A DNA stretch of 64,000 nt from a virus (taxonomy: Duplodnaviria; Caudoviricetes). Of this stretch, positions 36,712 through 46,941 are shown one piece after another. The first letter of the stretch is position 1, and every line of letters begins with the position of its first letter. The stretch is taken from the IMG/VR virus record IMGVR_UViG_3300050029_000197, positions 1,531 to 65,530 of that record. One strand, 5' to 3'. The notes under the pieces were generated by a model that saw only the letters and a program-made list of their open reading frames with translations, was not told where the DNA came from and did not search any database. The position numbers and the translations under genes are program-made.

Positions 36712-37555
36712 TCGTGCCGAAGCTCGACAGGATGGTCGTGCACCGGCAGTTCGGGTGGTCTGGCGGCCCGTCGTCTCCGTTCGAGAACGTGTCGCCGAGC
36801 GTGATCTCTTCGCCGTTGAGCCCGTCGCACTCGTCGCAGGCGCCGTCCGCGGCCACCCATTGCACCTTGGCGTCGGTGCCGACGGCGCCCTGCGCGGCCG
36901 CGAACGCGTACCCGTCGAGCCGGCCTTGATTCGAGGCCCACATGGTTTCGTAGCGGGCGATCGACTCGCCGCGTTGGGCGAGCATCCGGTCCCGGTACTG
37001 CACCGACATCGCCCGGATCCGCGGCGACTCCACACCCTGCTTCACGAGCTGCTTCTCGAACCGGTCGAGCGCGAGCCCCTGACCGTCGGTGAGCCCAATG
37101 ACGTTCTGCAGCCTGCGTGAGATGTCGGGGATCGGGGACCCGTTCTGGAGGCCTTTGGCGATGACGTCGCGCACCGCGGCGCGGGTGCGGCGGTCGATGC
37201 CGGTGATGTGTTCACCGACGCCGGCTTCGGCGCGCGCGGACGCTTTTGCCATGGTGCCGCCGAAGTGGGCGATGAGGTCTTGGCTGATCGAGACGATCGC
37301 GTCGTACGCGGCGTTGGCGGCTTGGGCGCCGAGGCGGGTGGTCATCGTGTCGAGTGCTGCGGTCCAGCCGGCCCAGTCGAGTTCTTCCATGATGCCGTCG
37401 ACGTCTTGGGCGGAGATGCGGGCGAGGACCCGCTGGCCGCCCGCGGACTGTTGCAGGCGGGCGACGGCGTCGCGGAACGCCTGGCGGACCATCGTCTCGG
37501 TGAAGTTGAGGGGCGCGGCCTTCGCAACCTGAGACGGCCTGGCGCTACTTGACAT
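36698..37555 (-). CDS. MuF-like minor head protein
   Basis: 'RGESIARYET..A.NQG...KVQW...ACDECDGLNG...PPDHPNCRCT'. Confidence 0.9.
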   Translation of the reverse strand: MSSSARPSQVAKAAPLNFTETMVRQAFRDAVARLQQSAGGQRVLARISAQDVDGIMEELDWAGWTAALDTMTTRLGAQAANAAYDAIVSISQDLIAHFGGTMAKASARAEAGVGEHITGIDRRTRAAVRDVIAKGLQNGSPIPDISRRLQNVIGLTDGQGLALDRFEKQLVKQGVESPRIRAMSVQYRDRMLAQRGESIARYETMWASNQGRLDGYAFAAAQGAVGTDAKVQWVAADGACDECDGLNGEEITLGDTFSNGDDGPPDHPNCRCTTILSSFGTTTEE

Positions 37556-37608
37556 AATGGGGACTATCGGCGGGCTGGGGGAGTGTCGAGCGTGAACCGG
37601 GGCGCGCA

Positions 37609-38496
37609 CTACAGACCGACCGCCTGGATGACGTCCTCCGCGGCCGCGACGATCCCCTCCTCGGCATCGCGCACGATGCGGGCCACCTCGGCGCGGAACC
37701 GGTCGAGCGGACTCGGCCCGGGCGTCGGTGACGGAGCGGGCTGCGGTGCGGGCGCGGGTGGCGTCACCGGTCCAGGCGCGGGTGTCGGCGTCACCGTCGC
37801 GTGCGGGAGCGCCTGCAAGTCCGCGAGCAGCGCCGCGAACGCGACGTCGCCCATGTCGTCCTTCGTGACGATCGCCCACGCCTCTTCGACGCACGCCTGT
37901 TCCCATGTCCAGTCCGCCTCCTGGAGCGCGCCCCACGTGACGACGGTGCCGTACCCGTTCGCGCCCGTGGGCTGCTGTTGGCCCACCTTGAGAATCGCGT
38001 GCCCCTCGGCCGGGTCCGGCTGCTCGCCGTTCGCGACCGTCCACGGTTGTCCGGCGTTGAACAGCGCGTTGGCGTCGTCGGTCAGGTTCACGCCGAGGAT
38101 CACCCCGCGGCCCAACTGGCCCATCACCGCGTCGACGGTGCCGAGCTCGACCGGGGCGAACCCTTCGATCTCCCCGTTGTGGAACAGGTACAGCAGGAAG
38201 TCGGCGAGGTTCACGCCGACGTCCTGGCCGTGGTCGTACGTCTGGTACAAGCCAACCGTCTCCGCGGTCGTCGGGGTCGCGCCCGCGAGCATCCGGTCAT
38301 GCTCGTACGCGGCGACGCCGCAGTCGCCGAAAACATCGTTGCCGAGCATGCCGAAATCGGTGATGCCCTTCGAGACGTCGATCGGATATGCGGGCACAGG
38401 AGCCGCGGCGTACTCGTGCAGCCAGCGGATCGCGTACCGCTCCCCGACCGGCTTGATCGGGAGCCGTCCGCGGAGTCCTGCGATGCGTTCGGTCAT
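37609..38496 (-). CDS. papain-like cysteine peptidase domain protein
   Basis: 'GMLGND..GDCGVAA' (Cys), 'GHAILKVG' (His), 'VVTWG'; Pro-rich tail. Confidence 0.6.
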   Translation of the reverse strand: MTERIAGLRGRLPIKPVGERYAIRWLHEYAAAPVPAYPIDVSKGITDFGMLGNDVFGDCGVAAYEHDRMLAGATPTTAETVGLYQTYDHGQDVGVNLADFLLYLFHNGEIEGFAPVELGTVDAVMGQLGRGVILGVNLTDDANALFNAGQPWTVANGEQPDPAEGHAILKVGQQQPTGANGYGTVVTWGALQEADWTWEQACVEEAWAIVTKDDMGDVAFAALLADLQALPHATVTPTPAPGPVTPPAPAPQPAPSPTPGPSPLDRFRAEVARIVRDAEEGIVAAAEDVIQAVGL

Positions 38497-40016
38497 GGTG
38501 CTCCTCCGGTCGTGACGTTCTGCGCGTTCGCGTCGTCGGGCGCGTTCGGATCCTGGCCGCCCTGGTTCATCTTCCCGAGCTCGGCGAGCTGCGCGTTGAC
38601 CCGGTTCGTTACCTCGGTCTCGACGAGCAGGTCCTGCGCGCCTTTCTCCTCCGCGCTCATGTGCGGCGCGTCGAGCTGATCGAGCAGCCAGTCCGACAGT
38701 TGCGGATCAGGGAACACGTCAACGCCCGCCTGCGACAGCTTCACGATCGCGTCGAACAGCTTCGTGATGTCAACCTCTTGCACCGTGTCATGCTCGAGCG
38801 TCGGTGTCAGCTCGACCGGCCAGCCGTTCAACTCGACCAGTTCGCGGTAGCCGTTGTCGGTGACTTCGGTGCCGACCATCGTGAGGTTCGCGTCGAGCGA
38901 CGCGGAGAACAGTTCGACGCGGGTGGTGCCCATCGAGAAGCCGAGCGAGCCGACACCTTGCGCGCCGAGGAGGAGGAAGTCGGCGAGACCGTTCAACAAG
39001 ATTCGATGATCGAGCCGTTCAATCACCTTCGTCGTGTCGAACTGGCGTTGGCCGCCGGTGGTGAGGAGCTCGAACTTGAAACGGTTGTTGCCTTTCTCGT
39101 TCTCGTCGTACGGCAACATCATCCCGTCCGCCTCGTTACGACGGACGTTCTTCACCGCCTCCCGCAACGTGTTCGCGAGCGCCTTGTAACTCTCGGCGGC
39201 GTCAGGCGCGAGGTATTCGGGGGGGAGCCACATGACCGGCAGACCGACGAGGTCGCGTTCAATGCCGACCGCTTCGATGTCCTCAATACGCCGTTTCTGC
39301 AGCCATGGCCTCCACGCGCCCCGCAACATGGAACGGCCAAGCGGGTTGTCTTTGAGTGCGCTGGTTCGGAAGTGGAGCAGTTTCGCCATTGGGATCGACA
39401 CCGCGGCGTGGGTGAGCGTCCGCTGATTCGCTCCGACGAGCCGTTCGTTCGACGCGGTGCGCTGGTAGTCCCACCGCCAGATGGTGTCCTGCGCGCGGAT
39501 CGGGAGGTTCTCCCACCCGATCTTGCCGTCGTCGTACTTGCTCTTCGGCTGCCCGAACGGTTGCGCGTCGGTCGGCGGGCCGCCCTTGGGACCGAGGCGC
39601 CGCTTGTAGACCTTCTCGAACAGTCCGAAGCCGAACTGGCGGGTGGTGCCGATCGACGACTGCGTGTCAGGCCACGTGTCGAGCATGTCGCCGCGGCATG
39701 AGTCACAGTGGTCGGCGATCTCAGCCGCGAGGCGCGAGTCGTCCGCCGGCGTCGTCCGCCATGACACTTGCCGTTCGAGAAGCTCGATCGCCAACAGCAT
39801 CGCCGAGGTGGTCGCGTCGTTGTCGCCCATCTCGCGGAACACGCGCCCGGCGAGCGGCCACGAAAGCTGCTGGAGGAACTCTTCTTGGATGAACCCGCCG
39901 AACTGGCGGAGACCGGTCGAACCGATCTCGATGCCGATCGAGCCGGGGTCGGTGAGGATGTCGTCGAGTTGCACGCGCAGCGGGGAGGCTGCACCGTTGC
40001 TGTTGACGACGGTCAC
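38493..40016 (-). CDS. portal protein (DUF935-like)
   Basis: 'EIGSTGL..FGGFIQEEFL..L...EMGDNDA...NPLGRSMLRGAW..W..K..IE.IEAVGIERDL.GLPV'. Confidence 0.92.
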   Translation of the reverse strand: MTVVNSNGAASPLRVQLDDILTDPGSIGIEIGSTGLRQFGGFIQEEFLQQLSWPLAGRVFREMGDNDATTSAMLLAIELLERQVSWRTTPADDSRLAAEIADHCDSCRGDMLDTWPDTQSSIGTTRQFGFGLFEKVYKRRLGPKGGPPTDAQPFGQPKSKYDDGKIGWENLPIRAQDTIWRWDYQRTASNERLVGANQRTLTHAAVSIPMAKLLHFRTSALKDNPLGRSMLRGAWRPWLQKRRIEDIEAVGIERDLVGLPVMWLPPEYLAPDAAESYKALANTLREAVKNVRRNEADGMMLPYDENEKGNNRFKFELLTTGGQRQFDTTKVIERLDHRILLNGLADFLLLGAQGVGSLGFSMGTTRVELFSASLDANLTMVGTEVTDNGYRELVELNGWPVELTPTLEHDTVQEVDITKLFDAIVKLSQAGVDVFPDPQLSDWLLDQLDAPHMSAEEKGAQDLLVETEVTNRVNAQLAELGKMNQGGQDPNAPDDANAQNVTTGGAP

Positions 40017-40022
40017 CCGGTC

Positions 40023-40042
40023 AAACTACACGCGTGTGGTCT
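40023..40042 (-). promoter_or_regulatory. class L promoter motif
   Basis: AGACCACACGCGTGTAGTTT, 6 nt before the portal GTG. Confidence 0.7.
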
Positions 40043-40081
40043 ATCCCGGCGTGACCGAGGGTTCAGTGTGACTGACCCCGC

Positions 40082-40888
40082 CTAAGGCATCAGCGGAGGC
40101 GGCGGGCTCACCGTCGACGAGACGACCGCGCGCGCCCAGCGGAACTCGCCGCTCGAGTACGTCGCACAAAACCATGGGTATGGCGCTGGGAGACCCGCCG
40201 GACAGAAATGAAGGCCGATCTGGGGGCCGGCGACGATTGTGCGGACCGCGATCCGGTGAGTGGCTGGATTGCAGCCCATCGCGACGGTTTCGGTTGTCGC
40301 GCATCGTTTGGTCGGGGTGTACCGTCCGACGTTCGAGAGCGCCGCGCGACCTCGTGTCGAGATGCTCACACCATGGTAACGGGCGCCGAGTGCGGTCGCG
40401 ATGGTCGTCAGTCGTGCGACGTCGGCGTCGCGGACTGGGTCCAACATCGGCGGCCCGGCCATATAGACGACACGCGCGCCGGCCGCGGTGACCGTCGCGA
40501 AGAACGTGTCGAGATCGGTCGTGTACCGGTCGAAGAATCCTTGGGACCTGTCGACGAGCCGGACACCGTTGGCGTCAACCATGCACGGGAACGCCGGCCC
40601 GTACCCGTTCGCTGCGGTTTCGAGCGTGACGACCGTCGGCCGGTATTGGGCGAGATCCGTGGCGAGCCATGTGTCCCACAGGCAGGGTGCGGTCGCCGGG
40701 AACGCATGAATCCGTACCGGCCAGCCGGGATGCTGTGCGAACTGGGTGACGAGCTGAGGGGCCGACTCCCAGGTGAGCGAATCGCCGTAGATGAGCGCCT
40801 GGTGACGAACGGTCGCACCCGCAGGCGCCGACATGCTCGCGACGGTGATCCCTACCGTCGCGAGTAGTGCGATCAGAACGGTGCGCAC
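40082..40888 (-). CDS. secreted SGNH/GDSL hydrolase-like protein
   Basis: Signal peptide; 'IYGDSL'; C-terminal 'GLHF'. Confidence 0.7.
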   Translation of the reverse strand: MRTVLIALLATVGITVASMSAPAGATVRHQALIYGDSLTWESAPQLVTQFAQHPGWPVRIHAFPATAPCLWDTWLATDLAQYRPTVVTLETAANGYGPAFPCMVDANGVRLVDRSQGFFDRYTTDLDTFFATVTAAGARVVYMAGPPMLDPVRDADVARLTTIATALGARYHGVSISTRGRAALSNVGRYTPTKRCATTETVAMGCNPATHRIAVRTIVAGPQIGLHFCPAGLPAPYPWFCATYSSGEFRWARAVVSSTVSPPPPLMP

Positions 40889-40969
40889 CGGCCCATCTCC
40901 CTCCACCCCGGGCGGCCATTGTGGCCGCGCTCAGCCCTGCGCGTCCACCCTAAACGGTGGCTGCCCCCG

Positions 40970-41296
40970 TCAGGTCCAGCGGACGAAACCGGCGAACTCC
41001 ATCTTGGCGTCGATCTTCACCCACAACGCATACGTCGTCCCCTGCACTGCGCCCGAGAACGTGTGGCGGACGCTGTAGACGGGCAAGCGGCCCGACGCGT
41101 CGACGTTCCATACGGCCGCCGCCCAGCCTGTGTCGGTCGGTGACGGGGTCGCACGCCCGATCACGAGCAGCACCGCGACCGTCGCTCCGGTCGGGTCCTC
41201 GTCGACGCCGTTCGTTTCGCCCGCATGCACAGGGATATCGACCGGGTCGGCGCTGCCGAACGCGAGGTCGAGTACCGGTGAGGTCGTCGCGGTCAC
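40970..41296 (-). CDS. hypothetical (probable virion) protein
   Basis: 'DPTGATVAV...WAAAVW...GTTYALWVKI' beta-rich small protein. Confidence 0.55.
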   Translation of the reverse strand: MTATTSPVLDLAFGSADPVDIPVHAGETNGVDEDPTGATVAVLLVIGRATPSPTDTGWAAAVWNVDASGRLPVYSVRHTFSGAVQGTTYALWVKIDAKMEFAGFVRWT

Positions 41297-41307
41297 AGCT
41301 TCTCCGT

Positions 41308-41523
41308 TCAGATCGTCGGTGGGCCCGCGGTCAAGTCTGCCACCGGAGCCCCGGCGTCAGGGGACTGCGGGACGCGTCGCGGGCCGCTGACGGTCCACAC
41401 CGCGCGTGCCGGGCCAACCCGGCGGAGATGAAGGACCGTGGGCTGAACGATCGGCTCACCGTCGTAGGTGTAGTCAGACGAGTCGTACGCGACGGGCGCG
41501 TCGTACGCGATCGCGGTCATCAC
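41308..41523 (-). CDS. hypothetical protein
   Basis: 71 aa ORF with YD repeats. Confidence 0.45.
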   Translation of the reverse strand: MMTAIAYDAPVAYDSSDYTYDGEPIVQPTVLHLRRVGPARAVWTVSGPRRVPQSPDAGAPVADLTAGPPTI

Positions 41524-41524
41524 G

Positions 41525-42298
41525 TCAGTAGTTCTTCGGGTGGAACATGACCCGGCAGTAGTTCATGCGCGTGTTCAGCGAGGCCGACGCGTTGCTGTGG
41601 GTCGCGGTGATGTTGAAGTTCCGGGCTGCGTTGGTCGCGAGCGCCGCGTTGGTACCGAGGTCGAAGCCGTCTCGGACCTGGAAGCTGCCCGCCACTGAGG
41701 CCGCGTAGCCGGACCCTCGGGTGACGAGGCCGGTGACGGCGTTGAAGCCGAAATCCTCGTCGTCGATCGTGATTTGTCCGACGCTGGTCGTGCCGAGCAC
41801 GGTGACGGTCGCGGTGAGCTTGATACGCCACACGCGCACGTTGGTCGTCGTCGCGGTCGACGTGAGGGCCGCAGAGATGGCGCTGTGGATTGGGTAGGTG
41901 CCGTGGTACACCTGGATCTGCGACGTGTACGTGTTCGTGCCGCTTGAGTTCTGGAAGTAGCCACCCGCTTCGAGGACATAGCGGTCGAGGATTGCCTGCG
42001 CAGCGGGGAACCCGCCCGCGATTGCTGCGCCCGTCGAGAGCAGTGACGTTTCGGTGACGGTGCCGCCGACGTTCGCGCCGAGGTCGACGACCGACGCGTA
42101 GCCGGGCGGATAACGGTATTTCTGATCGGTGCCGTCCGATCCGAGGAACAGTCCGGCCGCTCCGAGAGGCTGACGAACCGGCAGGCCGGTGGAATCGCGG
42201 TAAACACCGTCGCCGCGCGCAGTGAGGAGCGCGGAGTTGCCGTATTCGCCCGGTGCCGCTTTGCCTGCCGTGTTGCCGATGAGGATGAGCTGGCCCAT
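41525..42298 (-). CDS. hypothetical fibre-associated protein
   Basis: ORF MGQLILIGN..., beta-rich, coupled to the upstream fibre gene. Confidence 0.55.
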   Translation of the reverse strand: MGQLILIGNTAGKAAPGEYGNSALLTARGDGVYRDSTGLPVRQPLGAAGLFLGSDGTDQKYRYPPGYASVVDLGANVGGTVTETSLLSTGAAIAGGFPAAQAILDRYVLEAGGYFQNSSGTNTYTSQIQVYHGTYPIHSAISAALTSTATTTNVRVWRIKLTATVTVLGTTSVGQITIDDEDFGFNAVTGLVTRGSGYAASVAGSFQVRDGFDLGTNAALATNAARNFNITATHSNASASLNTRMNYCRVMFHPKNY

Positions 42299-45200
42299 TA
42301 GGTGAACTCCAACAGGCGGGTGAAGCGCGAGGCCATGTCGGCGTAGCCGACGCCGCCTTCGTGGTAGCCGGACGTGTCGAGCGTGTCCATGAGTCCGTCG
42401 GCGTTCGCGGCGGCGAAGCCGACGTTGCCTTCCGCCGACCACGCCTTGTAGATGTCGAGCGTCGCGACCCGGTTCGTGGTTGCCCAATCGTCCAGAGCTT
42501 GCCGGTAGGTCGCCTGGAACGCCGCTGTGGATGAGACCGGATTGAGGGTGCCGAGACGGATCGTGCCTTGCTCGAACGGCACGATGAGCAACTGATCGGC
42601 GAACGGGTTGACTGCCGCGTAGAAAGTGTCGAGGCAATGTTTGATGCCCTGGTTCACGACCGCATCGGCGGTGCAGATCGTGACCGCGAGCCCGGTTTCG
42701 TTCGCGGTCGCGTTCGCTGACATAGCCGCATGCGTCGTATCGGTGTAGGTGCTGATCGTCGTACCCGGCATGATGCCGGCGCTGATCGCGATGAGCGCGC
42801 CCGCGTCGAGCGTCTCGAGGGTGCCTGTCGCCATCGTGAGTGTCGGGCTACCGATAGCGAGGGTCGCGGTGCCGAGCGTGTACGCGCCGTTGATCGCGGC
42901 TTCGAGGCCCATGTCGTTCGTCCAGCAGCCGTGGACGATGAGGTCGGGCATGAGCGACATCGGCGAGCCGTGCAGGGTGCGGAACGGGTCGCCGTAGCCC
43001 CCCTGGACAGTTACGGGGTTGTTGGCTGCGCCTGCGGTGACGGTGCCTGTCGCGTTGTTCGAGAGCGTGCAGGATGTCCCGGCCTGGGCGGTGATGCAGG
43101 TGTTGGCGGGGATGTTCGCTCCGACGATGAGCTTCCCGACATCGTCAGATGTGAACGCTCCGCGCGCAGCGTTGAGGGTCGCGTTTGCATTCGTTGTCCC
43201 GGCGTCAGCGATCGTGCGGGCGTTGAGGAAGTTGTGGAGGAACTGCTGCGCGTATCCGAAGTTGTGGACCTTCACGCCGGCGGTCGTGCCGTAGACGTTC
43301 GGCATGTTCCACACGTCGATACCGGGCGTCGAGCACGTCGACGCGGTACCGGATGCGGAGGCCATGCGGATCTTGAACGTCGCCGGGTCGGTGATCGTGA
43401 TGGACGTCTTGCGCATCTCGGGCCGGGCTTGCACGGTGTCACCAGTGACCGTCGTGAGCGCGTTGTACGCAGCGGGGCCGACGTACTGCACGTTCGTCAG
43501 CGTCGAGCCGGAGATGCCGTCGTAGGTGAACTGGGCGACGCACTTGAATGTGCCCGCGCTGCCGACGTTGACGATCACGAACCCCGAGTTGGGTAGGCCG
43601 GTGACGGAGGCGAGCGTCATGGTCTTGGTGCCGTCGAAGTAGTCGCATCGGCGGTTGTTGTCGGCGGAGTTGAGGGTCGTCGCCGCGGTCGGGAACGAGC
43701 GCGCGACCGGGTTGTCGATCCAGGTCGAGCCGCCGTCGGTGGAGTACGACCAGCCCTGTCCGGCTGTGCCTCCGAAGGCGGAGCATTCGACCCACCACAC
43801 GTCGATCTGGCCGACGAGGCAATCGGCGGGTCGCGTCCAGGTGAGGTTCGATCCCGTGCCGGACCCGAAGTAGACGATCCACGGTCCGAGGAAGTAGACG
43901 GAGTGGTCGAGGTTCCCGACGGTGAGGCCGGCGGTGTCCCACTCGTAGACCTTGCTGCCGGTGCGGGGGCCGCGGTAGATGCCGCGGAAGCCCCAGCCGA
44001 GTGAGCCGCCGAAGCGTTCGTTGAAGATGCGGCGGGTGCGGCGTACCCAGCCGTCCCATTGGCTGCCCGCGATGCCGGTGTTGACGCCTTCGCAGGTGGA
44101 GTCGCCGATGCACGTGACGTTGCGGACGCGGTCGTAGATGATCGGGTCGCCCGCGGTGTGTGATGCGGCGGTGGTGCCGTTAACGCCGCGGATGACGGTG
44201 AGGTTCGCGGTGCGTTGACCGCGGATTACCTGCATTTGCTCGATCACTCCGCCGGAGGAGATGCCGATGACCTCGTAGCAGCCGACACGCGTCGCGCGGA
44301 CGTTGTCGACGGTGATCGTCGTGACGGTGCTGTTGATGTTGCTGGTGAGGTTCGTGCCGATCCGGTTCGGCGCGCCACGGAACCGGTCGAGCGACCGGCG
44401 AGGGATGTCGATCGAACCGAGCAGCACATTCAACGAGGCGGGGATACCGAGATCGGCGGCGAGTTGCGCCATCGTGCGGTTTGTCCACGCGCCCGTCTTG
44501 CGTTGGATGATGTCGTCGTTCGATGGGGTGAGTGCGGCGATGGTGGTGAGGTCGGCGTCGTGTGCTTCGACGTCTGTGCCGATAGCGAGCCCGAGGTTCG
44601 TGCGCGCGGTCGCCTCGTTCGCGAGGTCCGAGAGGTTCGATGCTTTCTGCGCCGCTCCCGCGATCCGCGAGTCGTCACCAGCAGCGACGGTCCCGGCCGT
44701 TGTGCCGACGTTGAGGACGGCCGCGCCGCCTAGTCCCGCGGAGGAGCGCAGGGCCGCAGCATCGGCAAGGATGAGGAGCCCGCGCCCAAACGCTGTCGTC
44801 GCGAGCGCGGCGATAGCCGTGAGGTCGCTGTCGAGCGGCTGACTGGCCGCCTGTGCCGCGGCTGCTGCTCCGGAAGCATCAAATGCCGTCGTGTTCGATG
44901 TCGCCGCGGTCCCGAGCGCGAGCGCGGTCCGGGCCGCTGCTGCGTCCGCGAGCCCGAGAAACGCACGGCCGTAGGCCGTGGTGGTGAGTGCTGCAATGGC
45001 GGTCAGGTCCGAATCGAGCGGCTGCGACGCAGCCTGAGCCGCAGCGGCCGCGCCGGACGAGTCGAAATCGGTGCTCGCGTGCGTGGCCGCGGTCCCGAGC
45101 CCGGCGAGGGTGCGGACCGCGGCCGCGTCCGCCTGGGTGAGTACCGACCGGCCGAACGCGGTGGTGGTGAGCGCAGCGATCGCGGTGAGATCCGAATCGA

Positions 45201-45852
45201 CGGGTTGCGAGGCTGCGATGGCTGCGGCTTGTGCGCTCGCGGCTGCCCCGGCAGCATCGAAGTCGCCCGTGTTGTTCTGGGCTGCGGTGCCGAGTACGGC
45301 GGCGGATCGGAGGGCTGCGGCGTCGGCGAGAGTGAGGAGCCCGCGACCGAAGGCCGTGGTGGTCAGGGCTGCGATTGCGGTGAGGTCCGAGTCCAGCGGT
45401 TGGGAGACTGCGACTGCTGCGGCGAACGCTGACGCTGCGGCACCGGCTGCGTCGAAGTCGCCTGCTGCGTGCGTCGATGCCGTACCGAGCCCGAGCGCGA
45501 CAATGGCCGCGGTAGCGAACGATTCGGCGTTGGATTGTGCGGTCGCCGCTGCGCCGGCCACGTCGGCGCCGACGTCACCGGGCCCGAGTACGACGTCCGG
45601 GCCCGCGTCTCCGTTGACGGTCTGCACTCCGCCGGGCGGCGCAGCCTCCAGCCCTACGATGCGCGCGTCGTGCGAACCCGGGTCGGTGGATCCAGGGATG
45701 CCGACGACGGTCTCCAGGGCGATGATCGCGGAGTCGCGGATCCCGTCACCGCGCGAGTGGGGGACGGTCGCGAGTGTGCCCGACGCCAGGGTCGCGGCGT
45801 CAGGCAGGGTGGTGGTGTCGTCGAGGGAGTCCGGGTAGTTCGAGTCGCCCAT
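42298..45852 (-). CDS. fibre-like protein with tandem shaft repeats and SGNH esterase-like C-terminal region
   Basis: Four repeats 'SQP(L/V)DSDLTAIAAL(T/A)TTA(F/Y)GR'; 'CIGDST.EG', 'WTND', 'GYHEGG.GY'. Confidence 0.7.
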   Translation of the reverse strand: MGDSNYPDSLDDTTTLPDAATLASGTLATVPHSRGDGIRDSAIIALETVVGIPGSTDPGSHDARIVGLEAAPPGGVQTVNGDAGPDVVLGPGDVGADVAGAAATAQSNAESFATAAIVALGLGTASTHAAGDFDAAGAAASAFAAAVAVSQPLDSDLTAIAALTTTAFGRGLLTLADAAALRSAAVLGTAAQNNTGDFDAAGAAASAQAAAIAASQPVDSDLTAIAALTTTAFGRSVLTQADAAAVRTLAGLGTAATHASTDFDSSGAAAAAQAASQPLDSDLTAIAALTTTAYGRAFLGLADAAAARTALALGTAATSNTTAFDASGAAAAAQAASQPLDSDLTAIAALATTAFGRGLLILADAAALRSSAGLGGAAVLNVGTTAGTVAAGDDSRIAGAAQKASNLSDLANEATARTNLGLAIGTDVEAHDADLTTIAALTPSNDDIIQRKTGAWTNRTMAQLAADLGIPASLNVLLGSIDIPRRSLDRFRGAPNRIGTNLTSNINSTVTTITVDNVRATRVGCYEVIGISSGGVIEQMQVIRGQRTANLTVIRGVNGTTAASHTAGDPIIYDRVRNVTCIGDSTCEGVNTGIAGSQWDGWVRRTRRIFNERFGGSLGWGFRGIYRGPRTGSKVYEWDTAGLTVGNLDHSVYFLGPWIVYFGSGTGSNLTWTRPADCLVGQIDVWWVECSAFGGTAGQGWSYSTDGGSTWIDNPVARSFPTAATTLNSADNNRRCDYFDGTKTMTLASVTGLPNSGFVIVNVGSAGTFKCVAQFTYDGISGSTLTNVQYVGPAAYNALTTVTGDTVQARPEMRKTSITITDPATFKIRMASASGTASTCSTPGIDVWNMPNVYGTTAGVKVHNFGYAQQFLHNFLNARTIADAGTTNANATLNAARGAFTSDDVGKLIVGANIPANTCITAQAGTSCTLSNNATGTVTAGAANNPVTVQGGYGDPFRTLHGSPMSLMPDLIVHGCWTNDMGLEAAINGAYTLGTATLAIGSPTLTMATGTLETLDAGALIAISAGIMPGTTISTYTDTTHAAMSANATANETGLAVTICTADAVVNQGIKHCLDTFYAAVNPFADQLLIVPFEQGTIRLGTLNPVSSTAAFQATYRQALDDWATTNRVATLDIYKAWSAEGNVGFAAANADGLMDTLDTSGYHEGGVGYADMASRFTRLLEFT

Positions 45853-45873
45853 GCGATCCGGTTCCTGTCGGGC

Positions 45874-46464
45874 CTATCCGACGCGTTGAATGAGTGCCTG
45901 ACACGTTGCGGGGATACCCCACACCGACGCGTCATGGCTGATGACCGTCAACGTCGCCACGATCGTCGCCGCCGCGGGCAGGTAATAGGTGAACGACACC
46001 GCCGACTCGGCCGTGATCGCGACGGTTTCGGCGCCGCCACCGATCGATGTCTCGTTGAGACTGTTGAACACGACCGCGAGCTTCATCTCGTCGATCAGTT
46101 TCCCGGCCCCAACCGTTGCGATCGCCTCGATCGACACCGCGTACAGGCCGGCGGTGACAATGTCGAGCTTCGTCGCGTCGGACCCGTCGACGGCGACGTC
46201 GGTGCCGACCTGCTCGCCACCCGTGACGGTCCAGCCAATCGCCGCGGATGCCGCGGACGCGAGGCCGGTCTGGGCGGCGCTGACCGCACGGAGACGTGCC
46301 ACCGCGACCGGGCTGGCCGACCAGGGCGCACCGACTGCGAGGGCCTGCACGGCGTCGTAGAGCTGCCCGAGGTATGCGAGCGCGGACGGTTCGGCCAGCA
46401 CTCCCGCGGGACCGCCCGGGATTTGGACGCGCGGGTCGGGGATGGTCGTGAAGTCGAACGTCAT
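45874..46464 (-). CDS. hypothetical fibre-tip-like protein
   Basis: 'KLDIVTAGLYAVS' TNF/C1q-like beta pattern (weak). Confidence 0.5.
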   Translation of the reverse strand: MTFDFTTIPDPRVQIPGGPAGVLAEPSALAYLGQLYDAVQALAVGAPWSASPVAVARLRAVSAAQTGLASAASAAIGWTVTGGEQVGTDVAVDGSDATKLDIVTAGLYAVSIEAIATVGAGKLIDEMKLAVVFNSLNETSIGGGAETVAITAESAVSFTYYLPAAATIVATLTVISHDASVWGIPATCQALIQRVG

Positions 46465-46474
46465 GGCAAAGCTC

Positions 46475-46753
46475 CTATGGGCTCACTGGGGGCGCGACTT
46501 GAGGCGCGACGGGCGATACGACGGGAGGTACGACGGGCGGCGATGCGGGCGCGTTCGGAGGGCCGGCCTTCACACCGAAGAACGCGAAGATCGGCGCGGC
46601 CGCGATGAGGCCGAGAGCGATGTCGTGTGACACCGGACCGGACAGCACGCCGAGTGACAGGAGCGCGGTCGCTTCGGTGACGAGCACCGTCAGCAACGAT
46701 GCTGTCGCCTTTTTGTGCTGGGAGAACCAGACGGCAATGTTCGAGAGGCTCAT
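46475..46753 (-). CDS. holin-like membrane protein
   Basis: Two hydrophobic segments, in the lysis cassette. Confidence 0.6.
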   Translation of the reverse strand: MSLSNIAVWFSQHKKATASLLTVLVTEATALLSLGVLSGPVSHDIALGLIAAAPIFAFFGVKAGPPNAPASPPVVPPVVSPVAPQVAPPVSP

Positions 46754-46774
46754 GGGACGACGTTCTCCTTCTGA

Positions 46775-46939
46775 TCAGGCGTGAACCGTGTGCGACAACG
46801 TCGTGCAGAGGTCGATGATGATGCCGACCGACAGTGCGACGAGCGCCCAGCCGACCAGCGACCGGAACGCCGTCTGGAACAGGGACACGGCGCCGAGCAC
46901 TCCGGCAACGACGACGAGCAAAAACGCGAGCAGATTCAT
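46775..46939 (-). CDS. small two-TM membrane protein (54 aa)
   Basis: GAGG RBS; MNLLAFLLVVVAGVLGAVSLFQ...VGWALVALSVGIIIDL. Confidence 0.6.
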   Translation of the reverse strand: MNLLAFLLVVVAGVLGAVSLFQTAFRSLVGWALVALSVGIIIDLCTTLSHTVHA

Positions 46940-46941
46940 GG

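Noticed and set aside
44760-45480. Four long imperfect repeats that could suggest a CRISPR array or DGR
   Set aside because: In-frame protein repeats (QPLDSDLTAIAAL) of a fibre shaft; no unique spacers, cas genes or reverse transcriptase in the window
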